Shown: piece by piece, positions 37,341 to 46,285 of the stretch
Position numbering within the stretch: the first letter of the stretch is position 1
How the letters are laid out: every line of letters begins with the position of its first letter
IMG/VR virus record: IMGVR_UViG_3300031820_000003
Coordinates: 1 to 64,000 of that record
Reading direction: 5' to 3' (one strand)
DNA length: 64,000 nucleotides
Source of the DNA: a virus
Taxonomy: Duplodnaviria > Caudoviricetes
Made by a program: the position numbers and the translations under genes
Notes under the pieces: generated by a model
Seen by the model: the letters and a program-made list of their open reading frames with translations, nothing else
Database searches by the model: none
What the model was told of the DNA's origin: nothing

Positions 37341-37550
37341 ATGGCGCGCGATTACATCCCGATCGACCAAATTATCAATGCGCTTCGGCAATTCCCAAAG
37401 GGGGCAACCTCTCGTCAACTAGCCGAACACCTCGGCATGAAGCCGCATAGCGTCGGGACTCGGCTCTACAAACAGCACATCTACGGACGCGGTGTCGATC
37501 GCACCGAGAGCGCCGGGCCGCAACACGAATACATCTGGAGGGCTGAATGA
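37341..37550 (+). CDS. Winged-HTH protein
   Basis: GATSRQLAEHLGMKPHSV. Confidence 0.6.
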   Translation: MARDYIPIDQIINALRQFPKGATSRQLAEHLGMKPHSVGTRLYKQHIYGRGVDRTESAGPQHEYIWRAE

Positions 37551-38365
37551 CCCGCACCGCCGTCAAAGACAAGATCGAGACCACACTCGCGCCCGAGGCG
37601 CCGACTGCTCAGCTGCCCGCTGTCGCCGAGCCCGCGCGGCAGGAGCGCAGGCCCCTCATGACACCGAAGACGATCGCGCCTGCGATCTACTCGGGCAAGA
37701 TCGCCAAGGCGGTCATCGCGGTGTCCAAGGAAATCGGCCGCATTCAGAAGGACGGCGAGAACGCATTCCAGCGCTACAAGTACACCCGCTGGGAGGACAT
37801 CAACGAACGCCTGTCGCCTCTGCTAGTCGAGCACGGCCTGATCCTCGTACAGAACGAGTTGAGCCGCGATGTGATCGAGCGCAGCGCCGAGGGCTGCGTG
37901 TTGGCGATCGTCTATCAGTTCATCCTCGTGAGCGAAGACGGCGACGCTTGGCCGCCGGTCGAGTGGACCGCCATTGCGCGCCTGACCGATAAGAAGGGTA
38001 CGCCCGACGACAAGGCCGCCGCCAAGTGCCACACCCAGGCCGAGAAACAGTTCTGCATCAAACAATTCAAAATCAGGACCGACACCTACGAAGACGGCGA
38101 CGCGAGCGAAACCATGTCGCGGGTCAATCCTCGGGCCAAGGAAGTCTACCGCGAGATGGAAGCGCAGATTGACGCCTGTAAGTCCGCGGTCGAGCTCGGT
38201 GCCTGGGGCAAGGACAACAAGGACCGCATCCAAATCTTGCACCCGCAGTGGCAGAAGGAATTGCGCGTCCGCTACAGCGAACGGCTGTCCGTGTTCCAGC
38301 AAGATAACGTCGAGTGGACGGATGAAGGCGTGAACGATCCGAAGACCGGCGAAGTCGTGCAGTGA
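37547..38365 (+). CDS. erf: ERF-family ssDNA annealing recombinase
   Basis: IQKDGENAFQRYKY..EDI..L.PLL.EHGL; DKA..K..T.A.K..F.I.T. Confidence 0.85.
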   Translation: MTRTAVKDKIETTLAPEAPTAQLPAVAEPARQERRPLMTPKTIAPAIYSGKIAKAVIAVSKEIGRIQKDGENAFQRYKYTRWEDINERLSPLLVEHGLILVQNELSRDVIERSAEGCVLAIVYQFILVSEDGDAWPPVEWTAIARLTDKKGTPDDKAAAKCHTQAEKQFCIKQFKIRTDTYEDGDASETMSRVNPRAKEVYREMEAQIDACKSAVELGAWGKDNKDRIQILHPQWQKELRVRYSERLSVFQQDNVEWTDEGVNDPKTGEVVQ

Positions 38366-38474
38366 AGATCGCTGCCGCGCTCATCCTGTTTGTTGTCGTG
38401 TGCTTGGCACTCTGGGGAGCGCGGGAGCATCCGCCCAAGGACTGCATCGGAATTGGCAAGGGTATGGATGAAAG

Positions 38475-38675
38475 GTGCTGGAGATGAAAATGAGCGCAAG
38501 GTCATGGAACTCTCTAGCAGTCGGCTCCGCGAGCATGTTTGGTTATTCAGGAAGTGGGCTTCTCGCGCATTTCTGGTCAGAAGCGCCATCGCTGTGGCTT
38601 TCATTAACCATGTGCGTCATCTGCTTTGCGGGCATAGTTTTTTGTTCAGGCAAAGCACAGGGGTACTGGAGATGA
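38475..38675 (+). CDS. Small membrane protein
   Basis: Hydrophobic WLSLTMCVICFAGIVF. Confidence 0.4.
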   Translation: MLEMKMSARSWNSLAVGSASMFGYSGSGLLAHFWSEAPSLWLSLTMCVICFAGIVFCSGKAQGYWR

Positions 38676-38818
38676 TGGACAGATATGACAAAGATTTTCT
38701 TGAACACATCGCCATGCTTCAGCGCGAGCAAGCGACCCAAACTATCAAGCTGCTCGAGGAAATAAAATTGTTGCTGGCCCAGCTCGTGGCCCGCACGCCG
38801 GATAAGGTCGGGTATTAA
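38672..38818 (+). CDS. Small helical protein
   Basis: MMDRYDKDFLEH..., GGAG RBS. Confidence 0.5.
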   Translation: MMDRYDKDFLEHIAMLQREQATQTIKLLEEIKLLLAQLVARTPDKVGY

Positions 38819-38829
38819 ACAATGGGAAA

Positions 38830-38909
38830 CGTTGCCTTGGCGCAGACACTCGGATGGGTCTGCAAGCGCAACGGGGGCGAGCCGCCATCTGACGTACCGG
38901 CTTTTGCCC
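38830..38909 (+). ncRNA. Tandem stem-loops separated by one G (put-like antiterminator candidate)
   Basis: CGTTGC..GCAGAC/GTCTGC..GCAACG, then GGGCGAGCCG/CGGCTTTTGCCC. Confidence 0.3.
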
Positions 38910-38951
38910 TACCAAACTAGTCACAACAAGTGAGACAACGGGAGAACTCAG

Positions 38952-39272
38952 GTGTTCAATCTAAGCATTTATAGATTCGGCGTCCAACGCTCAGAAGTTT
39001 ATATGTTTCTGAACAAGGATAAGGCCGAGATCGCCTACCTGAAAATCAAGGCAGCATTGGCGCAATACAAGCCATGGGGCAACGATAAGGATGCGATCGT
39101 TTCGTTTATTGGGCATGACGATCTGGAGGTAACCTATCGTCTTGAACACATTTCGTCCGTGTCGCTTGGCGATACCACTGTGGACGAACCTATGCAGATC
39201 GAGCACGCGAAATACATTGGTCGTCTCAACGCCGCCGCTGAAAGCGAATGCAAGAAAAGTAAACCCGAATAG
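38952..39272 (+). CDS. Hypothetical protein
   Basis: 106 aa, GGAG RBS. Confidence 0.6.
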   Translation: MFNLSIYRFGVQRSEVYMFLNKDKAEIAYLKIKAALAQYKPWGNDKDAIVSFIGHDDLEVTYRLEHISSVSLGDTTVDEPMQIEHAKYIGRLNAAAESECKKSKPE

Positions 39273-39314
39273 TGTAACGGGAATTGTGTCTACGGGAAAC
39301 TAGGAGGGACGATC

Positions 39315-39527
39315 ATGAGCTACCGAGTTGTTTATGGCGAGACGATACCGGCATGGGAGAAGATTTTCCCGACGCTTCGCGAGGCCAAGGCATTCGCCAA
39401 AGAGCACGAGGGTTTTGGCGACATAATCTTCAGCATCAACAAGGTCGTTCCCGGTCAAGGGCCGCAGTCGTTAGTGGCGGCGATCGAAGCTGGCGAGGTC
39501 GAGGGATTTTGTCGCGCAGCTAAGTAA
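39315..39527 (+). CDS. Hypothetical protein
   Basis: 70 aa, GGAGG RBS. Confidence 0.6.
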   Translation: MSYRVVYGETIPAWEKIFPTLREAKAFAKEHEGFGDIIFSINKVVPGQGPQSLVAAIEAGEVEGFCRAAK

Positions 39528-40105
39528 TGCGGAATGAGACAACAGAAATGAAGCCGTTAGCAGCACACATCTGGAATCGGGAAGAACATGAGCACTATGT
39601 CGAGCCCGAGTGGTGTTCGCAGCGGCTCTTTCAGGTCGAGCCGTTTGTGCAGGAGATTTGGGACCCGGCTTGTGGGTTTGGACGTATCTGTGAGTCAGCA
39701 CGGGCGGCAGGACATGCCGTTCATGGCACGGATATCATGCATCGCGGTTACTACGCGCAAACGGCTACATGCGATTTTCTAAGCTCGTCTGAGCGGTGGA
39801 CCAATATCGTCACAAATCCTCCATTCGACCTCTTCGCTGGCTTTGTCCGGCATGCACTTCAGCTTGCCAGGGGCAAGGTGGCGATGATCTGGCTGGTTCG
39901 CCGCTTACCGGCCGCGCGCTGGCTTAAGGAAACACCCCTGCAACGCATCTGGTGGTTAACGCCTCGTCCCTCAATGCCGCCTGGACACACAATCACAGCC
40001 GGTGAGAAACCCGGTGGGGGGACACAGGATTTTTGCTGGTTGGTGTGGGAGCAGGGACGACCCTACGTAGGCGCAACCGACTGGCTGCATCGCGATAATT
40101 CATGA
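39527..40105 (+). CDS. Orphan amino-DNA methyltransferase (m6A/m4C type)
   Basis: SAM-binding WDPACGFG and catalytic NPPF. Confidence 0.85.
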   Translation: MRNETTEMKPLAAHIWNREEHEHYVEPEWCSQRLFQVEPFVQEIWDPACGFGRICESARAAGHAVHGTDIMHRGYYAQTATCDFLSSSERWTNIVTNPPFDLFAGFVRHALQLARGKVAMIWLVRRLPAARWLKETPLQRIWWLTPRPSMPPGHTITAGEKPGGGTQDFCWLVWEQGRPYVGATDWLHRDNS

Positions 40106-40560
40106 TTGATGAGACAATGGAAACCGCGATGCTCTTTCGTAATACGGGGACATTGCCCTTACGGAGCGAAAATCGCGTCTCCGTTCTTGAGCTTTGCAAC
40201 CGAGCAGCCGAAGCCCTCAAGGCTGTCGGCTTCGAGCGGGTACAGGTTTCGATGAAGAGCGAGGCCACCTACTACCGTCTGCCGGGACGACATGGGCTTC
40301 TGCGTATAGCCACCCACAAGTCAAAGCGGACGCCGATCGGCATGGATTACGTTGCTGCTACGTTGACGTTCAACGGCGGCAAGAGAGACCGCGATACCAT
40401 GATTATGAAGGATAGTCGCTTCGAGGGAATGCTTTGGGTTGCGGTCGGGCAATACATCTTGCGATCAGGTGCGCCGCATGAGTCCAGGTATACCGGCAAA
40501 CGCGGAACCTGGGAATCCCATTGTGTTCCTTCTGCTGAATCTACAGGAACGAAGCCATGA
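40102..40560 (+). CDS. Hypothetical protein
   Basis: 152-aa coupled ORF. Confidence 0.55.
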   Translation: MIDETMETAMLFRNTGTLPLRSENRVSVLELCNRAAEALKAVGFERVQVSMKSEATYYRLPGRHGLLRIATHKSKRTPIGMDYVAATLTFNGGKRDRDTMIMKDSRFEGMLWVAVGQYILRSGAPHESRYTGKRGTWESHCVPSAESTGTKP

Positions 40561-40781
40561 TCCCGAAGCTGACATCGAAGCAGAAAAAGCACATCAAGGA
40601 CCGGGGCGCTCAATTCGATAACGCGCTGGCGCGGGCAACGATGTGCGTCCGCTCCTGCGGCAAGCTGATCGGGATGGAAAAGGTGCGAGCTCCGATCGCC
40701 TGGAGAGCAGCCCTTGCCGCAACGGGATATCCGTTTGAGACGGAAGGCTTTGTCATGGGAGAACGAAGCCGGCCCGGTTGA
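40557..40781 (+). CDS. Hypothetical protein
   Basis: 74-aa coupled ORF. Confidence 0.5.
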   Translation: MIPKLTSKQKKHIKDRGAQFDNALARATMCVRSCGKLIGMEKVRAPIAWRAALAATGYPFETEGFVMGERSRPG

Positions 40782-41056
40782 TCAGGAAATCCAAGACATC
40801 GCCAGCAAGCTCTATGACGACGCTGTAAGAGCCGCGAGACAAACATGACTCTCCCCTACCCGCCGCCCTGGATGGACAGGGCACGCTGACGAGCAGGAGC
40901 CATGACGATGGATATGGTCGGCCTAATTGTCTTCCACCTACCGAGCAGGCTCAGACTTTGGGTTGCTCGCAAGATCGGTAAGCCGATGGCCGGCGGTGGA
41001 TGGATGATAGGGACGACAGTGGCGATCTATGATCCATCCGTCGAGGACTGAGACAA

Positions 41057-41332
41057 ATGACCGACTCGGTAATTGAGCCTCTGAAGGAAAAGGCGCCACC
41101 TCAAAAGAGGGACACGCTCTTTGTCACCGACAAGGAGCTTATCGAGCGGCTCGGCATCCCGAAGCAAGACGCATGGCCCGTTCTCAAGATGCTAGACGAG
41201 AATAAGAAATCTGGTTTTCCACAGAAGTCCAAGCTTTGGGGTGGACGGCGCTACTGGCCGGCGGTCAAGGCCTATTTCGATCGGACAAATGGTCTTACGG
41301 TTGAGACTCCACAAGAACGGAGGGCCTCGTGA
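41057..41332 (+). CDS. xis: Excisionase-like winged-helix protein
   Basis: VTDKELIERLGI, FP....GGRRYWPAVKAYFD; overlaps the int start. Confidence 0.7.
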   Translation: MTDSVIEPLKEKAPPQKRDTLFVTDKELIERLGIPKQDAWPVLKMLDENKKSGFPQKSKLWGGRRYWPAVKAYFDRTNGLTVETPQERRAS

Positions 41333-42558
41333 CCGAAAGACCGCCTCGACCTGAAATCCCGAATGCTCCTGGCCTGCGCTGGTATCCCCGCGTGATCGGC
41401 TGGGAAGCCCGCTGGCGCGCCCGCCCCGACCTGGTGCAGGCCGGCTTCCGCCCGAAGAGTTTTGGACTCTGGCGCGGTGCAGAGCCCACAGAGCAAGAGA
41501 TTGCCTGGATGCAGGACAGGTGTGAGCGCCTGCAGGCCGACATGCTCGTTTGGGGCCGCGATGGTCTCCCGCAGCCAGAGACGGCGTTTGACGGCACGGT
41601 CAGGTCTCTCGTGCAATGCTACGAAAGCGATCCGGACTCCAGCTTTCACAAGTTACGCTTCCAGTCAAAGCGCAACAGCCGCTATCGATGCCGCGTCCTG
41701 ATCCGTGACTATGGCGATCAGGCCGTAGCTGATATCGACGCGCGGCTGATCAAGCGCTGGCATGCGGGTTGGACGGTCGACGGGAAGATCGCTAGCGGTC
41801 ACATGATGGTCACGATGCTGCGGACCTTGATGGGGTTCGGCGCGACCTTCTTCAAGAAGGATCAGGGCGGGGCTGATTGCGCGACCGTGCGCACCCTGCT
41901 CTCCATGATGAAGTTCCCTAACATCAAGCCGCGCAATGTCTGCCTGACGGCCGAGCACGCCATCGCGATCCGCGCCGAGGCGCACAAGCAGGGTATGCCA
42001 TCGATCGCGCTCGCCCAGGCTATCCAGTTCGAGGTGGCCTTGAGGCAGAAGGACGTGATTGGGGAATGGGTGCCCACCAGCGAGCCGGGTGTGTCAGACG
42101 TTATCGCAGGCAACGACAAATGGCTACGCGGTATCCGCTGGAACGAAATCGATGCGAACCTGATCCTGCGCCACACGACCAGCAAACGCGGCAAGGACAT
42201 CGAATTCAATCTGCGCTTGGCGCCGATGGTCATGGAGGAACTCGCCCGCATTGGCGATCTGCCCAAGAGCGGGCCGGTGATCATCTACGAGCGCACCGGA
42301 GTTCCCTACTACGCTCATCAGTTCGGCAAGGAGTGGAAGATCATCGCGCGGGGCGCTGGCATCCCGGATGGCGTCCACAACATGGACTCGCGGGCGGGCG
42401 CCATTACGGAGGCCACCGAGGCCGGCGTCCCGCTCGAGCACGTCCAGCACCTCGCCACACACTCGAACATCACGACCACACAGGGCTACTCGCGGGGCAA
42501 GACGGAGAAAGTCGAGAGCACTGCGCGGGCTCGGGTGGCGCACCGGAACAAGAAGTGA
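41329..42558 (+). CDS. int: Tyrosine integrase
   Basis: LRQKD (R), TSKRG (K), MDSRAGAIT (variant HxLR), ATHS..TT.GY catalytic motifs. Confidence 0.92.
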   Translation: MTERPPRPEIPNAPGLRWYPRVIGWEARWRARPDLVQAGFRPKSFGLWRGAEPTEQEIAWMQDRCERLQADMLVWGRDGLPQPETAFDGTVRSLVQCYESDPDSSFHKLRFQSKRNSRYRCRVLIRDYGDQAVADIDARLIKRWHAGWTVDGKIASGHMMVTMLRTLMGFGATFFKKDQGGADCATVRTLLSMMKFPNIKPRNVCLTAEHAIAIRAEAHKQGMPSIALAQAIQFEVALRQKDVIGEWVPTSEPGVSDVIAGNDKWLRGIRWNEIDANLILRHTTSKRGKDIEFNLRLAPMVMEELARIGDLPKSGPVIIYERTGVPYYAHQFGKEWKIIARGAGIPDGVHNMDSRAGAITEATEAGVPLEHVQHLATHSNITTTQGYSRGKTEKVESTARARVAHRNKK

Positions 42559-42618
42559 ACCTGTGCACCACGAACGTTAAGCGAAAGTGCATAGGACACG
42601 GATGGGGCACTGCTCAAG

Positions 42619-42691
42619 CTAAGTCTTTGATTTTGTTGATGCGTAAATTCATGTGTCATTAACAAAGCGGTCAATGAAATCAATGGGCTAG
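42619..42691. other. attP-like region with inverted arm-type sites
   Basis: CTAAGTCTTTGATTT (42619-42633) and AAATCAATGGGCTAG (42677-42691) flank an AT-rich core just after int. Confidence 0.5.
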
Positions 42692-42722
42692 TGCACCATC
42701 GAAGAACGGCAGGGAAGAATAC

Positions 42723-42880
42723 GGACGTGTGGGGAGTACGGAAAGCGAGGATGGCCCAGGGCGGAGAACAGGTCTGCCCGGTCGCCGGATGCGCCAACTG
42801 GAAAGCCGAGATCAAAGCTTTGCGGATTGCCTGTGAAACCCGCACGGCGAGTGGAGGTGCAATTCCTCCCACGTCCACCA
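42723..42880 (+). ncRNA. 158-nt tRNA-like RNA (expanded cloverleaf, 3' CCA)
   Basis: Perfect 7-bp acceptor GGACGTG/CACGTCC + A-CCA; T arm GGAGG-TGCAATT-CCTCC; internal stems GGGCGGA/TCTGCCC and TCGCCG/CGGCGA. Confidence 0.75.
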
Positions 42881-42918
42881 ATTAGGAGATCGGACGGGAC
42901 GGTAGAGGAGCTATAGGG

Positions 42919-43143
42919 ATGAGCGATCCCATTGATCGACTGAAGGAAGAGGTGAGTTTCCGAGAAGCCGATCCAAATAATTACGATGAGCAGGTAACGG
43001 CTGATCTTCGATATCTCATAGATCGGGTGGCCGAGCTGGAGCAGGCCATCTACGAAGTCGTGAACCACGGCGATGCCAGCGGCGATCCGGAGCTGATGGC
43101 CAAGCTCAAGAGACTGACCCCGGAAGCCGGGTGGACGGATTAG
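42919..43143 (+). CDS. Hypothetical protein
   Basis: 74 aa. Confidence 0.55.
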   Translation: MSDPIDRLKEEVSFREADPNNYDEQVTADLRYLIDRVAELEQAIYEVVNHGDASGDPELMAKLKRLTPEAGWTD

Positions 43144-43153
43144 GAGGGTGAGA

Positions 43154-43393
43154 ATGAAGTGCCCAAAGTGCGACGAGGACTGCGAGCGCGATAGCGTCGA
43201 TGTGGGTGTGGGCGTGATCCACGGTCCATATGGATGCCCGAGTTGTGCTTGGTCTGAGGATTCCGAATACGACCTATCGGACGGCAAAGACCCTGTGGAT
43301 GAGAAGGGTGGCGCAATCGATCAGTATGGTGGCTATCATCCGCCCGGATCGTCTATGGCCCTAGCTTACCGGTTGGCGCGAAATCACGAGTAG
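43154..43393 (+). CDS. Zinc-ribbon protein
   Basis: CPKC...CPSC; GGAGG RBS. Confidence 0.65.
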   Translation: MKCPKCDEDCERDSVDVGVGVIHGPYGCPSCAWSEDSEYDLSDGKDPVDEKGGAIDQYGGYHPPGSSMALAYRLARNHE

Positions 43394-43417
43394 TCATCGG
43401 TCGAGAGACAAGAGGAA

Positions 43418-43579
43418 TCATCTATTGGCCCGTTCCCGCCTCTTCAGTTCCCGCTCGACCGCCTGCCGGATGAATTCGGCCTGGCCCTCCCCCTCCTTGA
43501 GGGCGGCTTCGATCCTGGCGAGTGTCCCGGCAGGGAACCGCCCGAGGGCGGCTTCCTCGTTTATGCGTTTCCGGCCCAT
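43418..43579 (-). CDS. Ribbon-helix-helix regulator
   Basis: RFPAGTLARIEAAL...AEFIRQAVERELKRR. Confidence 0.75.
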   Translation of the reverse strand: MGRKRINEEAALGRFPAGTLARIEAALKEGEGQAEFIRQAVERELKRRERANR

Positions 43580-43597
43580 CTTTTTTCTCCGCAAAAG

Positions 43598-43637
43598 TGA
43601 TATCACCTATTGACAGGCCAAAAATAGGTGATATCAT
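43598..43637. promoter_or_regulatory. Perfect 14-bp inverted repeat overlapping a sigma70-type promoter
   Basis: TGATATCACCTATT / AATAGGTGATATCA; TTGACA 43610-43615, TATCAT 43632-43637. Confidence 0.8.
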
Positions 43638-43664
43638 GTTCATTGTCAACAACGGAGAATGGCC

Positions 43665-43826
43665 ATGCTGATCGTCACCTGGAAGGAAAACGGAATGCGG
43701 CTTCGAGTTCTCGGTGAGAAGAAAGGGCGCCAAGACGAGCTTCGGATTGTGGTTCAGAAGGAAACAGCCCAAGGCATTCATGGGCAATTCTCTCTACGTC
43801 CGGAGGAAATCGAGTGGCCGATCTGA
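43665..43826 (+). CDS. Hypothetical 53-aa protein (first gene after the promoter)
   Basis: GGAG RBS, MLIVTWKENG... Confidence 0.5.
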   Translation: MLIVTWKENGMRLRVLGEKKGRQDELRIVVQKETAQGIHGQFSLRPEEIEWPI

Positions 43827-43982
43827 TTGTTCAGGAGCCCTTACGGGATCGAATAGGCCGGGTTCTCTATGAAGAGCCCGGCCTTGACCGGAACTGGTAC
43901 GAACTCAGCGAAGAGCGCCGAGAGCCGTGGCGCAAAGATGCTGATCGAGTCATCGCGATTCTATCTGAGAGAGGAGAATAAG

Positions 43983-44414
43983 ATGGCGGAGACAAGCGAA
44001 GATTGGGCGATCAGTCCCCAACATGCAGCTCAACTGGCTTATGGCTTGCTTTGGCTAGATCCCTTACCCTCGATGCCTTCAAAGGCCGCCAGGAAGCAGT
44101 TGCTCCACGCTCTTTCACACGAAGAACGGAAAGCCGGGATTGGCTGGGCGATGAAAATCGCGGCCGACATTCGAGAAAATATTGGTAGCGCGAGCGATAA
44201 TGCGCTTTTGCGCAAGGCCAAAGAAATGCGGCATGCCATCGATATGATTGAAGGTGCTCTAATGCGATGGCCCGAATTAATGGAGTTGCCTAAGAAATGG
44301 GGCGATCCGCGCCACCATAGAGAACTCGGTTTGCGCGATATCAAGGGCAACTGCGGCCAGCTCTATGACGTTTACGACGCCATGATGGAAATGCAATCGG
44401 ATCATCAATTCTGA
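43983..44414 (+). CDS. Hypothetical protein
   Basis: AGGAG RBS, MAETSED. Confidence 0.55.
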   Translation: MAETSEDWAISPQHAAQLAYGLLWLDPLPSMPSKAARKQLLHALSHEERKAGIGWAMKIAADIRENIGSASDNALLRKAKEMRHAIDMIEGALMRWPELMELPKKWGDPRHHRELGLRDIKGNCGQLYDVYDAMMEMQSDHQF

Positions 44415-44468
44415 CGAATTCGAATCGTTGGCATAAAGTCATCAGTAGACGCACAATAGGAGCGAACC

Positions 44469-44759
44469 ATGGTTGATTTCACGAGACCCGGACGCATGAT
44501 ATCTGGTTCAAAAACTGAGCCCAAGGGTCATGTGTGCGTCTTTAACGCCAATGTGTGCTCGAAGTCGCGCGGCAAGTTTTGGTTCGGGGATATCGACATC
44601 ACCGCCGACGCGGATGACTTGCGCAAGCTGGCCGTCAAGGAAGGCGAAGAGATTTACATTCTCCGCGAGATGGACGGACGATTCATGAATGAAGCGGAGC
44701 CGCTGCTTCACAAGTCCGTCGCGCGCGTCACTCCGGACGGCACAATAACGGTCGGATGA
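44469..44759 (+). CDS. Hypothetical protein
   Basis: AGGAG RBS; MISGSK..VFNAN..WFGDID. Confidence 0.65.
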   Translation: MVDFTRPGRMISGSKTEPKGHVCVFNANVCSKSRGKFWFGDIDITADADDLRKLAVKEGEEIYILREMDGRFMNEAEPLLHKSVARVTPDGTITVG

Positions 44760-44763
44760 GTAA

Positions 44764-44991
44764 TTGTCTAACATCACATCGGACAACGGGATGCGCATCG
44801 GAGAACTGATCGCGGTGGCTAGGGAGTTAAAAGGATGGACGCTTCGGGACCTCGAAAAGAAAACCGGAATTTCCAATGCGCTTCTATCGCAGATCGAGAC
44901 CGGTCGCATCAAGAGCCCAAGCTGGCGCAACGTGGTCGCAATCGCGAAGGCGCTCAATCTGAAACTGGATCGACTGGCGGCATGCGACTGA
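44764..44991 (+). CDS. XRE HTH regulator
   Basis: WTLRDLEKKTGISNALLSQIETG. Confidence 0.85.
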   Translation: MSNITSDNGMRIGELIAVARELKGWTLRDLEKKTGISNALLSQIETGRIKSPSWRNVVAIAKALNLKLDRLAACD

Positions 44992-45022
44992 CCCATATCA
45001 AAAGTGACAAGGAGAACGGCTG

Positions 45023-45313
45023 ATGCGCGTGAACGTCTACACAGAGGAATTGCTGACGGTCGGGAACAACCCAGTGGCGGCTGAAATCGTCGAAACAGAA
45101 TATATAAGCTCGCGAACCGGACAGCCCATGAAGAACTACGGACTGCGGATTTACCTCAAGTCGCATCCCGACCTGCATTACGTTCCGGGGCGCGACGACG
45201 ATCGATCCGCAATCACGTTCTGGTGCGGGCCAACGCGCCGTGCTGCCGTAGAGTTCTGGCGCTTCGTTGGTGCCATGGCGTTCGATGTCGCGGAGCGGAA
45301 TCACGATGACTGA
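45023..45313 (+). CDS. Hypothetical protein
   Basis: AGGAG RBS, 96 aa. Confidence 0.6.
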   Translation: MRVNVYTEELLTVGNNPVAAEIVETEYISSRTGQPMKNYGLRIYLKSHPDLHYVPGRDDDRSAITFWCGPTRRAAVEFWRFVGAMAFDVAERNHDD

Positions 45314-45578
45314 CACGACGAGAATCGAAATCGCGATCTATATCGACGACCAGGAATATGCGATGCGCGTGTGGCCTGCGGTGCCACGGGTCGGCGATGA
45401 GATCATGGTGCGGAGAGTAGAGCCCCGCAATGAGACGCACAACATGGTCAATCGCCCTCGTGTCCTGGACGAGCATGCCATCGCGGTTGTCGAAACGGTC
45501 TGCTGGGGCACGAGCGACAAGAGCCGAGATGGTCCATGGAGCGAACTGCGGGTCTCCATGTTCTGCAAATGGCGCTGA
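45306..45578 (+). CDS. Hypothetical protein
   Basis: Overlapping start; VPRVGD motif. Confidence 0.55.
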   Translation: MTDTTRIEIAIYIDDQEYAMRVWPAVPRVGDEIMVRRVEPRNETHNMVNRPRVLDEHAIAVVETVCWGTSDKSRDGPWSELRVSMFCKWR

Positions 45579-45603
45579 GTCACGGTGAGAGAGAGGTCGA
45601 GAA

Positions 45604-45843
45604 ATGAACGTCACGCCTGAAATGGTCGAAGCGGCGGCGAAGGCTATCTATGACGCCGAGCCGTACTACGAACAAGGCGAGTACGTTGACGGTTTTCCTG
45701 TTTCACCCGGAGGGAACTTGACATGGAATCAGGCCAAGGCGCGAGACGCCGAATTTTCTGGCGATGGCTTGTTTATCCCAATCACTCAGTTTCCATATCG
45801 AGCCGCACGAGCAGCGCTCGAAGCCGCATTGTCTAATACCTGA
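45604..45843 (+). CDS. Hypothetical protein
   Basis: VTPEMVEAAAKAI..AARAALEAAL pattern. Confidence 0.6.
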   Translation: MNVTPEMVEAAAKAIYDAEPYYEQGEYVDGFPVSPGGNLTWNQAKARDAEFSGDGLFIPITQFPYRAARAALEAALSNT

Positions 45844-45855
45844 GAACACAACGCC

Positions 45856-46188
45856 ATGGTCACGCCGCAAGAACTTCGAGACCGGGCCGAACTGCTCCGT
45901 CAATGGGGCAAGTTTGAGCTGGGCATGACCCCTCCAGCAGCGCTCGACTACGACGACACAATGCAGAAGCTTGATGCAGCAGCGGCAGAGATCGAACGGC
46001 TGCAGGCTCTGCTCACAGAGGTGTCAATCAGACTACACGCATGGGAAGGGGGTGAGCCCTCTGCAATGATGTGCGGAGATTTGGCCAAAGAAATCGACGA
46101 GGCGCTGAATAATGAGCAGTTACACAATAGCGGCGCATCTAGCTCAATAGATGCGCCACCGCCGCGCAATGAGGGCGTGGAGCCATAA
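45856..46188 (+). CDS. Hypothetical protein
   Basis: 110 aa. Confidence 0.55.
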   Translation: MVTPQELRDRAELLRQWGKFELGMTPPAALDYDDTMQKLDAAAAEIERLQALLTEVSIRLHAWEGGEPSAMMCGDLAKEIDEALNNEQLHNSGASSSIDAPPPRNEGVEP

Positions 46189-46285
46189 GCGAAACGAGAG
46201 GCGGCGCGAGGCGCGGGCACTGGCGCGTAGTGCTCACGGCTATCGCCGGTTCTGACGCGCGGCTATCAGTAGATAGGCAGGCAAG

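Noticed and set aside
40845-40889. 14-codon MTLPYPPPWMDRAR as a truncated excisionase relic
   Set aside because: Resemblance is from memory only and too short to support
42729-42741. 16S rRNA-like word TGGGGAGTACGG
   Set aside because: Twelve-nt match with no surrounding rRNA sequence; compatible with chance
42723-42880. tmRNA or canonical tRNA
   Set aside because: Too short for tmRNA; no G3:U70; the ANW.. frame has no stop before the T arm; no U33 anticodon loop
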